Positions 47,833-60,918 of a DNA stretch of 64,000 nt are shown piece after piece. The DNA lies in assembly GCA_963514005.1 (NCBI GenBank), contig OY740805.1:42160001-42224000 (forward strand), given 5' to 3'. How positions within the stretch are numbered: the stretch's first letter is position 1; each line of letters opens with the position of its first letter. The notes below the pieces were generated by a model. The model ran no database searches, was not told where the DNA came from, and was given only the letters and a program-made list of their open reading frames with translations. This stretch comes from Raja brachyura. Lineage: Eukaryota. Made by a program: the position numbers and the translations under genes.

Positions 47833-48404
47833 TGACGTCCCTGTAATATCTGGGATTTCATCTTCCCTTCCATGCTGTTCCCTCCCCCCCCCCCCAACTC
47901 CCCGCACCCCCTTCCTGATTCTGCGATGGGAGCTGGTGCTCCGGGTTCACGCTCCCGGGTGAGTGGGATGCGGGAGGAATGGGAAGCTCCGTGTCTGGGA
48001 GACGGAGCTGTGGTCAGTATTGTGTGTGAGCGCCTCTCCCTCTCACTCGCTTGCTCGTTCTCTACCGCTTCCGCCCTCTCTCCGCCCCCTCTCCTCCCGC
48101 CTCTCTCTCTCTTTCTCCACCCCCCCTCTCTCTCTCTCCCAGTCTCTACCCCGCCCCCTTCCTCTCCTTTCCTCTCCGCTCCCTCTCTCTCCCCCACATC
48201 AGCACCACCTCACTCTTCCCCCCCCCTGTTCTGAACATGGAGGAGGACTGGCCAAACCTTGTGCCTTCCACCACAGTGAGGAATGCTGTGCTGGATGTTT
48301 TGGGTTACATTTTTATTGTGTGTTGTGTGTTCTTTATCATTGTACCGCTGCTGGCAAATTCATTTCACTTGCACGAATAAAACGGATTGAATTGTATAGA
48401 TTGT

Positions 48405-48900
48405 ACCCTCCCCTCTCTCCTCTTCCCTCCCCCCTCTTCCCTCCCCCCTCCTCTCTCCCCTCCCCCCCCCTTCTCTCCCCCCCTTCTCTCCCCCCCCCTT
48501 CTCTCCCCCCCCTCCCCTCCCCCCCCCTCTCTCCCCCCCCCTCTCTCCCCCCCCCTCTCTCCCCCCCCTCTCTCCCCCCCCCTCTCTCCCCCCCCCTCTC
48601 TCCCCCCCCTCTCTCCCCCCCCTCTCTCCCCCCCCCTCTCCCCCCCCCCTCTCCCCCCCCCTCTCCCCCCCCCTCTCCCCCCCCCTCTCTCCCCCCCCCC
48701 TCTCTCCCCCCCCCCCTCTCTCCCCCCCCCCTCTCTCCTCCCCCCCCCTCTCTCCTCCCACCCCTCTCTTCTCCCCCCCCCCCTCTCTCCCCCCCCCCTC
48801 TCTCCTCCCCCCCTCTCTCCTCCCCCCCCTCTCTTCTCCCCCCCCTCTCTCCTCCATCCTGTCTCCCCACTCTCTCCCCGTCCCTTCTCCCTCCATCTCA
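48405..48900. repeat. Nearly pure polypyrimidine (C5-9TCTCT)n tract
   Basis: Direct inspection; G-run purine tract on the minus strand. Confidence 0.95.
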
Positions 48901-48985
48901 CCCCGGCCGCCGCTGCTGAAATTGAAACTGAAGTGTGACTGTCCTGTACTGGGTACATGTGACAATTGAATCTTGAATCTTGCAG

Positions 48986-50093
48986 GTCGGCCGAGGCGGA
49001 GGGCCCGGACACGGGAGCGAGGTCCCGGGAGGAGCCGCTCCAGATGTGGCCGCCCTCGCCGTTGAGGGAGAGGAGCGGGGGCGATGAGGGCCCGGCCTCC
49101 GGTCCAGAGTTCGCCACCGGCCGCTCGCCCCAGTCCCCCGCCGGCGGGGGGCCGCAGTTTGCGGGCCCCGGGAGCTCCGGGCAGCGGCGCTCGGGTCGGC
49201 CTGGCTGCGGCGCGGGGTTCCCGGGCACCGAGCCCTCGCCCCGGCGCAAGGGCCGGGGTCTCCGCGACAGCTTCACCATCCCGGAGCCGGCGGGTGGCAG
49301 AGAGCTCCCGGTGATCACCGGGGAACGGCCGCCGGGCCTGGGGACGCTGCCGCCGCCGCCGAGCCCAGCCTGGGAGATGCAGCAAGACTCCAGTGTAACT
49401 CAGCCCCGCCCGTGTGCACAGCAAGATCCCAGTGTAACTCACCCCTGCCCGTGTACACAGGAATATCCCAGTGTGACTCACCCCCGCCCGTGTACACAGC
49501 AAGATCCCAGTGTGCCTCAGCCCCGCCCGTGTACACAGCAAGATCCCAGTGTAACTCATCCCCGCCCGTGTACACAGGAAGACCCCAGTGTGACTCATCC
49601 CCGCCCGTGTACACAGGAATATCCCAGTGTAACTCATCCCAGCCCGTGTACACAGCAAGATCCCAGTGTAACTCATCCCAGCCCGTGTACACAGCAAGAT
49701 CCCAGTGTAACTCATCCCCGCCCGTGTACACAGGAATATCCCAGTGCAACTCACCCCCGCCCGTGTACACAGCAAGATCCCAGTGTGACTCAGCCCCGCC
49801 CGTGTACACAGGAATATCCCAGTGTAACTCATCCCAGCCCGTGTACACAGCAAGACTCCAGTGTAACTAATCACCGCCCGTATACACAGGAAGATCCCAG
49901 TGTAACTCAGCCCCGCCCGTGTACACAGGAAGATCCCAGTGTAACTCACCCCCGCCCGGGTACACAGCAAGATCCCAGTGTAACTCACCCCCGCCTGTGT
50001 ACACAGGAACATCCCAGTGTAACTCACACCCGCCCGTGTACACAGGAATATCCCAGTGAGACTCAGCCCCGCCCGTGTATACAGGAACATCCC
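48986..50093 (+). CDS. Putative exon of an unidentified gene: Pro/Gly/Ser-rich segment followed by ~18 x 13-aa repeats (TQQDPSVTHPRPC)
   Basis: cttgcAG acceptor at 48984-48985 and CpG-rich sequence. Only one plus-strand frame stays open across the unique part (~130 aa), and it continues through the 39-bp repeat into the N run. No recognisable homolog. Confidence 0.35.
49380..50093. repeat. 39-bp minisatellite, ~18 copies
   Basis: Unit CAGCAAGATCCCAGTGTAACTCACCCCCGCCCGTGTACA, with substitutions but no visible indels. Confidence 0.95.
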
Positions 50094-52504
50094 NNNNNNN
50101 NNNNNNNNNNNNNNNNNNNNNNNNNNNNNNNNNNNNNNNNNNNNNNNNNNNNNNNNNNNNNNNNNNNNNNNNNNNNNNNNNNNNNNNNNNNNNNNNNNNN
50201 NNNNNNNNNNNNNNNNNNNNNNNNNNNNNNNNNNNNNNNNNNNNNNNNNNNNNNNNNNNNNNNNNNNNNNNNNNNNNNNNNNNNNNNNNNNNNCGCCCTA
50301 ATCCCACCCCAACCCCCCCCCCCCCCCCCGGCCTCAGCCCGGGACCCCCCCCTCCCCCGACGATCGATACCACAACCCTCTCCCTCCTGCGAGCAGGGCC
50401 CAGTCATAGAGTTATACAGCGGGGAAACAGGCCCTTCGGCACAACTTGCCCACACTAGCCAACATGCCCCATCTACACTATTCATAGCGTGATAGAAACA
50501 TAGAAAATAGGTGCAGGAGTAGGCCATTTGGCCCTTCGAGCCTGCACCGCCATTCAATGTGATCATGGCTGATCATCCAACTCAGTATCCCGTACCTGCC
50601 TTCTCTCCATACCCGCTGATCCCTTTAGCCACAAGTGCCACATCTAACGCCCTCTTAAATATAGCATGGATACAGCATGGAAACAGGCCCTTCGGCCCAA
50701 CTTGCCCACACCGGCCAAAAATGTCCCAACTACACTAGTCCCACCTTTGGACTATATCCCTCCAAACGTCTATCCATGTACCTCTCCAAATGTTTCTTAA
50801 AGGATGGGATAGTCCCAGCATCAACTACCTCCTCTGGCAGTGTGTTCTATACACCCACCATCCTCTGTGTGAAATACGCTACCCCTCAGATTCCAGTCCG
50901 TGTCGACCATTTATTTTCCCCTAGTCCCATCTACCTGCACTCAGACCACACCCCTCCATTCCCTTCCCGTCCAGAAACCTATCCACTTTACTTTTAAATG
51001 TTAAAATCGATCCTGCCTCCACCACTTCTGCAGGAAGATCATTCCACACAGCCACCACTCTCTGAGTAAATAGTTCCCCCTCATGTTACCCCTAAACTTC
51101 TGTCCCTTAATTCTCATGTCATGCCCTCTTGTTTGAATCTTTCCTACCCTCAATGGGAAAAGCTTATCCACGTCAACTCTGTCTATCCCTTTCATCATTT
51201 TAAAGACCTCAATCAAGTCCCCCCTTAACCTTCTGCGCTCCAAAGAATAAAGACCTAACTTGTTCAACCTTTCTCTGTAACTTAGTTGCAGGAACCCAGG
51301 CAACGTTCTACTAAATCTCCTCTGTACTCTCTCTATTTTGTTGACATCCTTCCTATAATTAGGCGACCAAAATTGTACACCATACTCCAGAATTGGTCTC
51401 ACCAATGCCTTGTACCTTTATGGTTATGGAACATCCAGTCTACCCAGCGCCTACCACCACAATGCTATCTCCTTGGGCCTACACTCATGCCTAGAACACC
51501 TGGAGAAGAGAGACACCTACATCAGACTTCTATTCATGGACCACACCTCTGTCTTTCATACCATTGTACACTCCGTGCTCATTGCCAAACTCGTGGAACT
51601 TGGAGTCAGCACTCGACTCTGCAACTGGATTCTCGACTTCCTGACCTACAGACCCCAATCAGTGAGGATGAGGGACAAATCATCCTCTACGATAATCCTC
51701 CACACTGCTTCTCAGCCCCCCTCCTCACTCCTTGTACACCCACGACCGTTCAGCTACGTACAGATCTAATTCCATTTACAAATTCGCAGACGACACCACC
51801 ATTGTAGGCCGGATATCAGTTAATGACGAGATTGAGAATCTCGTAACCCGGTGTCCTAATTTGAGGAATGACGTGCTTGCAATTGAGGGAGTGCAGCGTA
51901 GGTTCACCGGGTTAATTCCCGGGATGGCAGGACTGTCATATGATGAAAGAATGGCTCGACTCGGCTTGTATTCACTGGAATATAGAAGGATGAGAGGGGA
52001 TCTCATTGAAACATTAATAAAATCATACAGGATTGGACAGGCTAGATGCAGGAAAAATGTTCCCAATGTTGGGAGAGTCCAGAGCCATGGGTAACACAAT
52101 TTAAGGATAAGGGGTAGGACTGAGATGAGGGAAAACTTCACTCAGAGAGTTGTGAATCTGTGGAATTCTCGGCCACAGAATGCAGTGGAGGCCAATTCAC
52201 TGGATGTTTTCAAAAGCGAGTTAGATTTAGCTCTTTGGGCTAAAGGCATCATGGGGTATGGGGAAAAGCAGGAATGGGGTACGGATGATCAGCCGTGATC
52301 ATATTGAATGGCGGTGTTGACTTGAAGGGGCGAATAACCAACTCCTGCACCTATTTGTCCGTCTTGCCCTCAATGTCAGCAAGACAAAGGAGTTAGTGAT
52401 CAACTTCAGGAAGTGAAGCGGTTCACATACCCCAGTTTGCATTGGTGGTTGAACGCTTCAAGCTCCAAGGAGTAAATATCATCACCAACTTGTCCAGAAC
52501 CAGC

Positions 52505-54092
52505 CATGTTGAAGCAACGACCAAGAAAGCGCACCTTGTTGAAGCAACGACCATGTTGAAGCAACGACCAAGAAAGCACACCTTGTTGAAGCAGCGACCA
52601 TGTTGAAGCAACGACCATGAAAGCACACCTTGTTGAAGCAGCGACCATGTTGAAGCAACGACCAAGAAAGCACACCTTGTTGAAGCAGCGACCATGTTGA
52701 AGCAACGACCATGAAAGCACACCTTGTTGAAGCAACGACCAAGAAAGCGCACCTTGTTGAAGCAGCGACCTTGTTGAAGCAACGACCAAGAAAGCACACC
52801 TTGTTGAAGCAGCGACCAAGAAAGCACACCTTGTTGATGCAGCGACCATGTTGAAGCAACGACCATGAAAGCACACCTTGTTGAAGCAGCGACCATGTTG
52901 AAGCAACGACCAAGAAAGCACACCTTGATGAAGCAACAACCATGTTGAAGCAACGACCATGAAAGCACACCTTGTTGAAGCAGCGACCATGTTGAAGCAA
53001 CGACCAAGAAAGCACATCTTGTTGAAGCAGCGACCATGTTGAAGCAACGACCAAGAAAGCACATCTTGTTGAAGCAGCGACCAAGAAAGCACACCTTGTT
53101 GAAGCAGCGACCATGTTGAAGCAACGACCATGAAAACACACCTTGTTGAAGCAACGACCAAGAAAGCACACCTTGTTGAAGCAGCGACCATGTTGAAGCA
53201 ACGACCATGAAAGCACACCTTGTTGAAGCATCAACCTTGTTGAAGTAACGACCAAGAAAGCGCACCTTGTTGAAGCAACGACTATGTTGAAGCAACGACC
53301 AAGAAAGCACACCTTGTTGAAGCAGCGACCATGTTGAAGCAACGACCATGAAAGCACACCTTGTTGAAGCAGTGACCATGTTGAAGCAACGACCATGAAA
53401 GCACACCTTGTTGAAGCAACGACCAAGAAAGCGCACCTTGTTGAAGCAGCGACCTTGTTGAAGCAACGACCAAGAAAGCACACCTTGTTGAAGCAGCGAC
53501 CAAGAAAGCACACCTTGTTGATGCAGCGACCATGTTGAAGCAACGACCATGAAAGCACACCTTGTTGAAGCAGTGACCTTGTTGAAGTAACGACCAAGAA
53601 AGCACACCTTGTTGAAGCAGCGACCTTGTTGAAGCAACGACCAAGAAAGCGCACCTTGTTGAAGCAGTGACCATGTTGAAGCAACGACCAAGAAAGCACA
53701 CCTTGTTGAAGCAACGACCAAGAAAGCGCACCTTGTTGAAGCAGCGACCATGTTGAAGCAACGACCATGAAAGCACACCTTGTTGAAGCAACGACCATGT
53801 TGAAGCAACGACCATGAAAGCACACCTTGTTGAAGCAGCGACCTTGTTGAAGCAACGACCAAGAAAGCACACCTTGTTGAAGCAACGACCAAGAAAGCGC
53901 ACCTTGTTGAAGCAGCGACCATGTTGAAGCAACGACCATGAAAGCACACCTTGTTGAAGCAACGACCATGTTGAAGCAACGACCATGAAAGCACACCTTG
54001 TTGAAGCAGTGACCTTGTTGAAGCAACGACCAAGAAAGCACACCTTGTTGAAGCAACGAGCATGTTGAAGCAACGACCATGAAAGCACACCT
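52505..54092. repeat. Compound 13/17-bp minisatellite, right-arm copy (~1.6 kb)
   Basis: Reverse complement of 41733-42625 with more units. Confidence 0.95.
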
Positions 54093-55051
54093 TCCTTATG
54101 GGCCTGTCCCACTTAGACCACTTTTTAGGTGACTACAGGAGACTATGCGCTCGCTGGGGTGTCACCTGTACCTTCAGTCGCCCAAAAAGTCATATCGTCT
54201 TCCTGGTCACCGAAAAATTTTCAACATGTTGAATGTTTTTCGGCGACACAGAGGCGACCTTGGGTTTGACGGCAAATGAGCGTAGTTTGACGTAGGTGCT
54301 GTTGTAGGGTGTCGCCGGGTGACGTAGGTTGTCGCTGGTGCTTACTTTGGCGGATTTCAATGTGGTATTCGCCGGCAGTCGCCTAAAAAACATCGCCCAA
54401 GGGACAGGCCCATTAGTGCAGTCGCCGGTTTTTCGGCAACCTGCTACGACTATGACAGTCACCGGCAGTTGCCGAGAAATCACCCAAGTGGGACAGGCCA
54501 GGAGGTTTCACATGTCCCCATCAACACTCACCAACTTGCAGAGACGTTCCGTTGGAAGCATCTTATCGTTGTGCATCACAGCATGGTTTGGTAACAGCTT
54601 AATCCAAGGCAGCAAGAAACTGCAGAGAATGGTGGATGCAGCCCAGACCATCATGCAATATCCCTTCCATCAACTCCATCTACACTTCACACTGCCCCAG
54701 CAAGGCCAGCAGCCCAGACCATCATGCAATATCCCTTCCATCAACTCCATCTACACTTCATGCTGCCCCGGCAAGGCCAGCAGCCCAGACCATCATGCAA
54801 TATCCCTTCCATCAACTCCATCAACACTTCACGCTGCCCCAGCAAGGCCAACAGGATAATCAAGAACCAGTCTCACCCCGGTCACTCCCTCTTCTCCCCT
54901 CTCCCATCAGGCTGGAGGTACAGAATTGTGAAAACACACACATCCATATCCAGGGACAGTTTCTTTACTGGCTGCTATCAGGCAATTGAACCGTCCTCTC
55001 ACCAACAACAGAGCGGTCCTGACCTCCCATCCACCTCATTGAAGACCCTCA

Positions 55052-55630
55052 AGGGCCTGTCCCACCAGCATGCAACTCTATGCGATTAGCGCGACCAAAC
55101 GTGGTCGCTTGAGCCGTCCGGCGTCGCGGGGCCGGTCCCACTTCGATCGCCGGAGCCGTGCGGAATTGTGCGGAGTTCGTCCCGACACCGCGCAGGGCTC
55201 CGAAAACTGACCATGTTCAAAAATTCCGCGCGGCAACGGCTTGTCGGCTCGCAGTTCCCTCGACATTTACACGCTGCCCCAACATCGTGCCTCCGTGAAC
55301 CTATTTGTAAGTGCCTCCGTGACCCTCTATGTGTGTGGCTCCGTGGCCCTCTGTGTGTGTGTGCCTCTGTGCCCCTCTCTGTGTGCCCCTCTCTGTCATG
55401 GCGAACTTACCTTTAAGACTTCGCTCCAAGTTCGCCTCACTTTGTGCCGCGTTGCGCCACTCACCCGACCTCCGCGCGGCCCTCGCTGCCGGTTTGGTTG
55501 CGCTTGCCGCATGCAGGCGCGTGCTGGTGGGAACGTCCCTGTACAGGGGATCACCCGACCTCCGCGCGGCCCCCGCTTCTAGTTTGATCGCGCTCATCGC
55601 ATAGAGTTGCATGCTGGTGGGACAGGCCCT
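55052..55630. mobile_element. PIF/Harbinger-like MITE with complete TIRs
   Basis: AGGGCCTGTCCCACCAGCATGCAACTCTATGCGAT ... ATCGCATAGAGTTGCATGCTGGTGGGACAGGCCCT. 3-bp TSD TCA (55049-55051 and 55631-55633). Confidence 0.88.
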
Positions 55631-56550
55631 TCAGGCTATCTTTAATTGGACTTTACCTTGCACTTAATGTTACTCCATTTACCCTGTATCTGTACACTGT
55701 GGACGACACAATTATAATCATGTCAATTCTGTCCGCTGACTGGTTAGATCGCAACAAATATGTTTTTCACTGTACCTCAGTACACGTGACAATAAACTAA
55801 ACTTGCTAAACTAAACTAAAACAACATTCCCGGGCCTTAGCTGAGCAGGCACCCTCGACATTTGCTTTTGTCACCAACAACAGAGCTGTCCACCCACCAT
55901 GAACCTTTTGAACCAGCCTACCATGCAGAACGAGCACAAAAGCCCCTTCCAAAGTCCATATAAACCACATCTAGAGCCCTGCCTTCATCTCAGTTACCTC
56001 CTCAAATAATCCACACATCACAACTCTTGTTCTCTCTGTGAGAGCAGCAGGGTGGTGCAGCAGTGGAGACACTGCCTCACAGCCCAAGAGACCCAGGCAC
56101 AATNNNNNNNNNNNNNNNNNNNNNNNNNNNNNNNNNNNNNNNNNNNNNNNNNNNNNNNNNNNNNNNNNNNNNNNNNNNNNNNNNNNNNNNNNNNNNNNNN
56201 NNNNNNNNNNNNNNNNNNNNNNNNNNNNNNNNNNNNNNNNNNNNNNNNNNNNNNNNNGGCCACGTGGGTTTTCTCTGGGAGCTCCGGTTTCCCCCCACAT
56301 CTCAAGGACGTGTAGCTTTTTTGTGGGTTACTAGGGTGTCACGGTGGCGCAGCAGTAGAGTTGCTGCCTTACAGCGAAAGCAGCGCCGGAGACACGGGTT
56401 CGGTGTCGACTACGGGTACTGTCGACTACAGGTATTATTGAGGAACGCTGTGGAACAGAGGGATCTAGGAATAATTGTGCATGGTTCCCTGAAGGTGGAA
56501 TCGCATGTAGATAGGGTGGTAAAGAAAGCTTTTGGTGTGCTGGCCTTTAG

Positions 56551-59500
56551 AAATAGTAAGATTAAATGAGAACTTACCAGTTTGAAGTTTGATCTTTATT
56601 TTATGAGGACGATGAGGGATTACCTGAAGACCCCGCCAGCACGCATGCGCGACATTCTTCAAAGCAGTGGTGTGAAATCACAGATACCAGAGTAGACTAA
56701 CATAGTAAGATAAGAGAGAACTTTATATACCAGTTGAACTTTATAAGAGAGGGTTTGGGAGCGGAGGGCACGTAATCCCTCATCGTAACTCCTCATAAAA
56801 TAAAGATCAAACTTCAAACTGGTAAGTTCTCATTTAATCTTACTATTTTACGTCAGAGTCACATGAGTGACTATGTGAAGATTTCAAAGCTCTGTGATTT
56901 CATGCCCTGGAACGAGTCCATGCTCACACACTGCCATGCTAGGGATGGAGGATGAACGCATTTCAGACATGACACTGTGCTGAAAAACAAAGAAGGTATT
57001 TAATCATACCTAAAATGATATGCCCCACATTGGGTAAATCATGTAACAGAACTTAACATTTTCCCCTGCAACGTCTCAGGAGCGGCCACGGGTTTATAAT
57101 AGAAGTGCTGAAAGTCCGTTCACTGCTCCAACCCGCTGTAGCAAGGATGTGGTCCATAGGGACTCCCATCATCCTAGCCGCCGACGTGGATGCAGCCCTG
57201 GTGGAGTGAGATTTAAAAACATCAGTGTCCATCCCCGCTGCACCCAATACCACCCTTAGCCAACTGGAAATGGCTTGCACTGTGACCTTATGATGAGGGC
57301 GTTTGTGGCTTGAGGGTAAAGCCCTCTCCGTGCCCCTAGATTCTTGGTTACTTCTATATCGTAAAATATATGTCACAATGCAGAGCCGACTATCTGCAGG
57401 ATAGGCCAGAATGATAATTTTTGGCCAGAGGAACTGGGTCGATATAGTTTGAGTAACCCCTGTATCAGGAAGGTTATCTTGCCATTGGTTAACACATGGC
57501 ATCCATACTTAGCTTAGTAAGGACTGGACCCGTTGTGCTGTTACAAGAGCCATAATCATAACCATATTATATGTTAGTTATCCAGGGTGAGCCCCGATAT
57601 TGGTGTCCATCCTCGAAGCATAGTAAATTCTATGCCTAAGTCCCATGTATGGGTGTATCTGGCCCTGGGGGAATAGAATTAATACCCCTCATCAGTTTAG
57701 ATACCAGTGGGTGTGATCCTATAGGCAGGTGATCACTCCCTCGGCCCAGGTAATTAGATAGGGCACTCCTTGCAAATTAATGGCACTGTAGCTCAATCCT
57801 TCATGGAATGAAGGGTGGCCAGAACTCCAGCACTTCAGTGATGGTGGCCGTTGCGGAGTCTTATTTAATTTTTTGTAAGACCCCACTGATGAGGCAGAAG
57901 GGGGGAAATGCATAGCAAAACAATCCCCCCAATGCAGCGAGAAGCATCCATCGCTGCTGGCCCCGGGTCCCGATCCAACATCCATTCAATGTTGTCGTTG
58001 AATTGCGTGACCTGGTGTCCGTCACCGTATTTAGTTTACCTGGAAGGTAAGTAGCTGAGATCCAAATCTCTCTATCCAGACACCAGTGCCAGATGTAATT
58101 AGCCAATTCATCACATGATATCGATTTTATTCCACCCATATGATTAATATATGCCACCACTGTGATATTATTAATTTGTAACCGTACATGCAACTGGTGC
58201 ATATCTAAGCAGTAGGCCCGGAGTCCATGAAATGCTCCCAGCATTTCTAGATAGTTAATCCCTAGTGCTCCCAACAGGGTTAAATCTTGTGCACTCCATC
58301 TGCCACCACAACTGGTGGTGGTATTAGCTGCTCCCCAATCTTCAGCACTGGCATCAGTCTGTAATGTAACCGAGGGATTCATGATAGTGATGGGGTTAGA
58401 ACAATGCTGAGCATTTTCTATCCACCAATATAATTCTAATTTAGCTTCTCTGGTAGTTTCATAGGCCTATCAAAATGGCCCGCATGATTTTTAAGAGCTA
58501 GAATGTTTGCTCTTTGCAGGTTTTGTTAATGGAGTGGTCCAAATTGTGCTGCTGGAATGCAGCCACTAGTTTCTCAATCACTCTGGCTACTTGCAGAATG
58601 GATGGTTCCCTGATGCCAGTGAGGGTTTTACATGCTTCCGTCAAGTCTGTCCCTTTAGTTGGTGGCAAGGTGATAGACATTTGAACAGAATCGATAGTGA
58701 ACCCCAGATAATCCATGGTAGTGGAGGGTTTCATTTTTTTAATCTATCTGGATGTATGTTAATCCCAGCTTTTGAAAACATGTTTTGTGGCTGATACTGC
58801 CAATGTAGCCATCTCCAAATTCTCACCTACAATGAGAATATCGTCAAGGTAAACCATGGCAATATGGTTATGTTTCCTTAATTATGCTAAAGCTGGTTTT
58901 AACAATTTGTAAGCAGTCTGGGTGCCGATGACAACCCAATGGGTAAGGCTTTATGCTGCCAAGGCTGTCCCATCCAGACAAATTTTAGACATTTCCGATG
59001 ATCCTAGTGTATTGGCAATGAACAGTATGCATCCTTAAATTGATGTAAGCCATGAAGTACCTATCAGAAATTAGCTATTGGCTGTGAAAAACGTGTCCAT
59101 TTTGAAATAGGCATACTGAATGGAAGTATTTAGTTCGGTCAAATCTATAATGATGCGGCATCCGCCATCTTTTTTGTTTTTGTAAAAATATTTGATACGA
59201 ACTCTTGAGATTCTGATTGTCTTCTCAATTACCCTATTTTCGTTTAGTCTTAACAGTTCAGCATGGCCTGCTGTTCTCTCTTTTGTGAAAATATGAACTT
59301 TCGGCTGGGCGTATGCTGAACTGGGATGGGGAGTTCGTATACAAATTCAATTAGTACCCTGAATACTTCCGAGTATGTAAGGATTAGAGGTAAGAGTGTT
59401 CCACACATGATGAAACAAGTGCAACCGTCCACCAACCCTTGATGAATCTAGGCAGCAAAGTTTTTGGGACAACCAGACCCACCTACCTCCAAGGTTACCG

Positions 59501-60918
59501 GTGTTGTGTGGGTTGTCTCTGTCCTTGTTTATTCGTGTATTGTTTTGCTGTGTTGTGGGGTTGGCGCATTTTCCAAGAAGGCCGGGCAGGGCCATGGTCT
59601 AAAAAAGACCGCTGTGCAGGTGGGCCGGCCTTCGAGCTTTCACCACCAGATGGTCTTTTGTTGTAACAAAGTCTGGTGGATGTGTAGGGGTGCTGCCGCT
59701 GCTGATAATGGGTTTTGGAGGTGTTTGGCACCTTGATCAGGCCTATTGCCTTGGCGTCCTCATCCAGGTCTTTTACCTGCTTCGGGAGGTTGTCCCCAAA
59801 CAGCAAAGTTGGCGGCTGTGTGCTGCTAGTCCTGCATAATCCCGCAAAATTGGGATTAATGCAGACTTGATGATGCTATTCCTGTAACTGTTAATCTCAA
59901 ATTGAGTATTACACAGAAGTGCTAGAGCGTCTTGTAGCTCTTCAGGCATCTCAACCCCATCAGCTGTTCTGGCTACTGCTGTGCTACCAGCAGCCAGCAG
60001 TTTAAGGATTCTCTGGAGTTTCATCTCCTGGCTCCTTATAGATGGGCTCATGTTGCCCCAGATGGGGTTGTTGACTGCAGGCACATTTAGAGAAATGCAG
60101 TTCTCTGGAGCAAGGTATTTCTCTGCCGTGTTGTTTATGGCTTGCTCCTGCAGCTGGTTTGTAGCCATGTAATTAATACTGGCTACCAGTTTTGGATGTA
60201 TAGGCAGTCCTTTCTGGGTTGGTACAGCATGTTTATTAACCATGCCCAACAACTCTTCTGGCACCCCTGACACAGGTGACTCTTCAGCCATTGCCCCTTC
60301 TTCAGGGTCAGCCCAGCTCTGACCCCTAATGCTCCCCTGCGAAGAGGGTGAGACATTTGGCAGTCCTTGATAGGGTACTGCCGTGGGTCTGCGAGGAGAC
60401 CCACTGTGACTCTGCCCCTGCATAAGCAGGTCACGCTGGAGCAATTGCTCCACCAACTGCTCCATGCGGGAAAGACGCCCGCCGTCGCTATCTGCGAATG
60501 AGGTGTCCTCAGGTCCGGACCCAGCCGAGTCAACGGACCTGTCCGACTTCCGGGTGGTTTTGCCGGCGGACCGCGGCACACCTGCGGTCTGTTGCGGCGA
60601 GAAGTCGGGAGCTGCTGGCAGCACCTGCAGCTCTGGAGAGACGGCATGCCGCTGGCTGCTTTCCACAGCAGCGGTTTTTGCCGCTGCTCTCCTGGATTTC
60701 CTCGACTCCATGGTGCTTTCTCCATTGCTGAAACACAAAGAACACCGAGTCGCCACGCTCACCAGAATGGTAAGACTTACCTTCGGTAGGTTTTTCAAAC
60801 TTACGTTGGAGGAGCGGCGCTCCTCCCGACTGTCGCTTCCGCAATGCGTTCGACGATATGTCGCGCATGCGTGCTGGCGGGGTCTTCACGTAGTCACTCA
60901 CGTGACTCCGAAGTAAAA
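56551..60918 (-). mobile_element. DIRS1-type retrotransposon, right-arm copy with a ~310-bp internal deletion
   Basis: Same ITR/ICR architecture, flanks and frameshifts as 34363-39035. The deletion at ~57850 lies between ACGG microhomologies (left-copy 37422-37735). Confidence 0.95.

Noticed and set aside
47963-50090. Pro-rich and Gly/Arg/Glu-rich ORFs, and the 576-aa minus-strand ORF 48360-50090
   Set aside because: They are explained by the C/T tract and the antisense of the 39-bp repeat; the splice signals favour the plus strand.
34363-60918. A single giant composite transposon bounded by inverted DIRS copies
   Set aside because: The mirror homology continues for kilobases outside both DIRS elements, so they are passengers of a segmental duplication.
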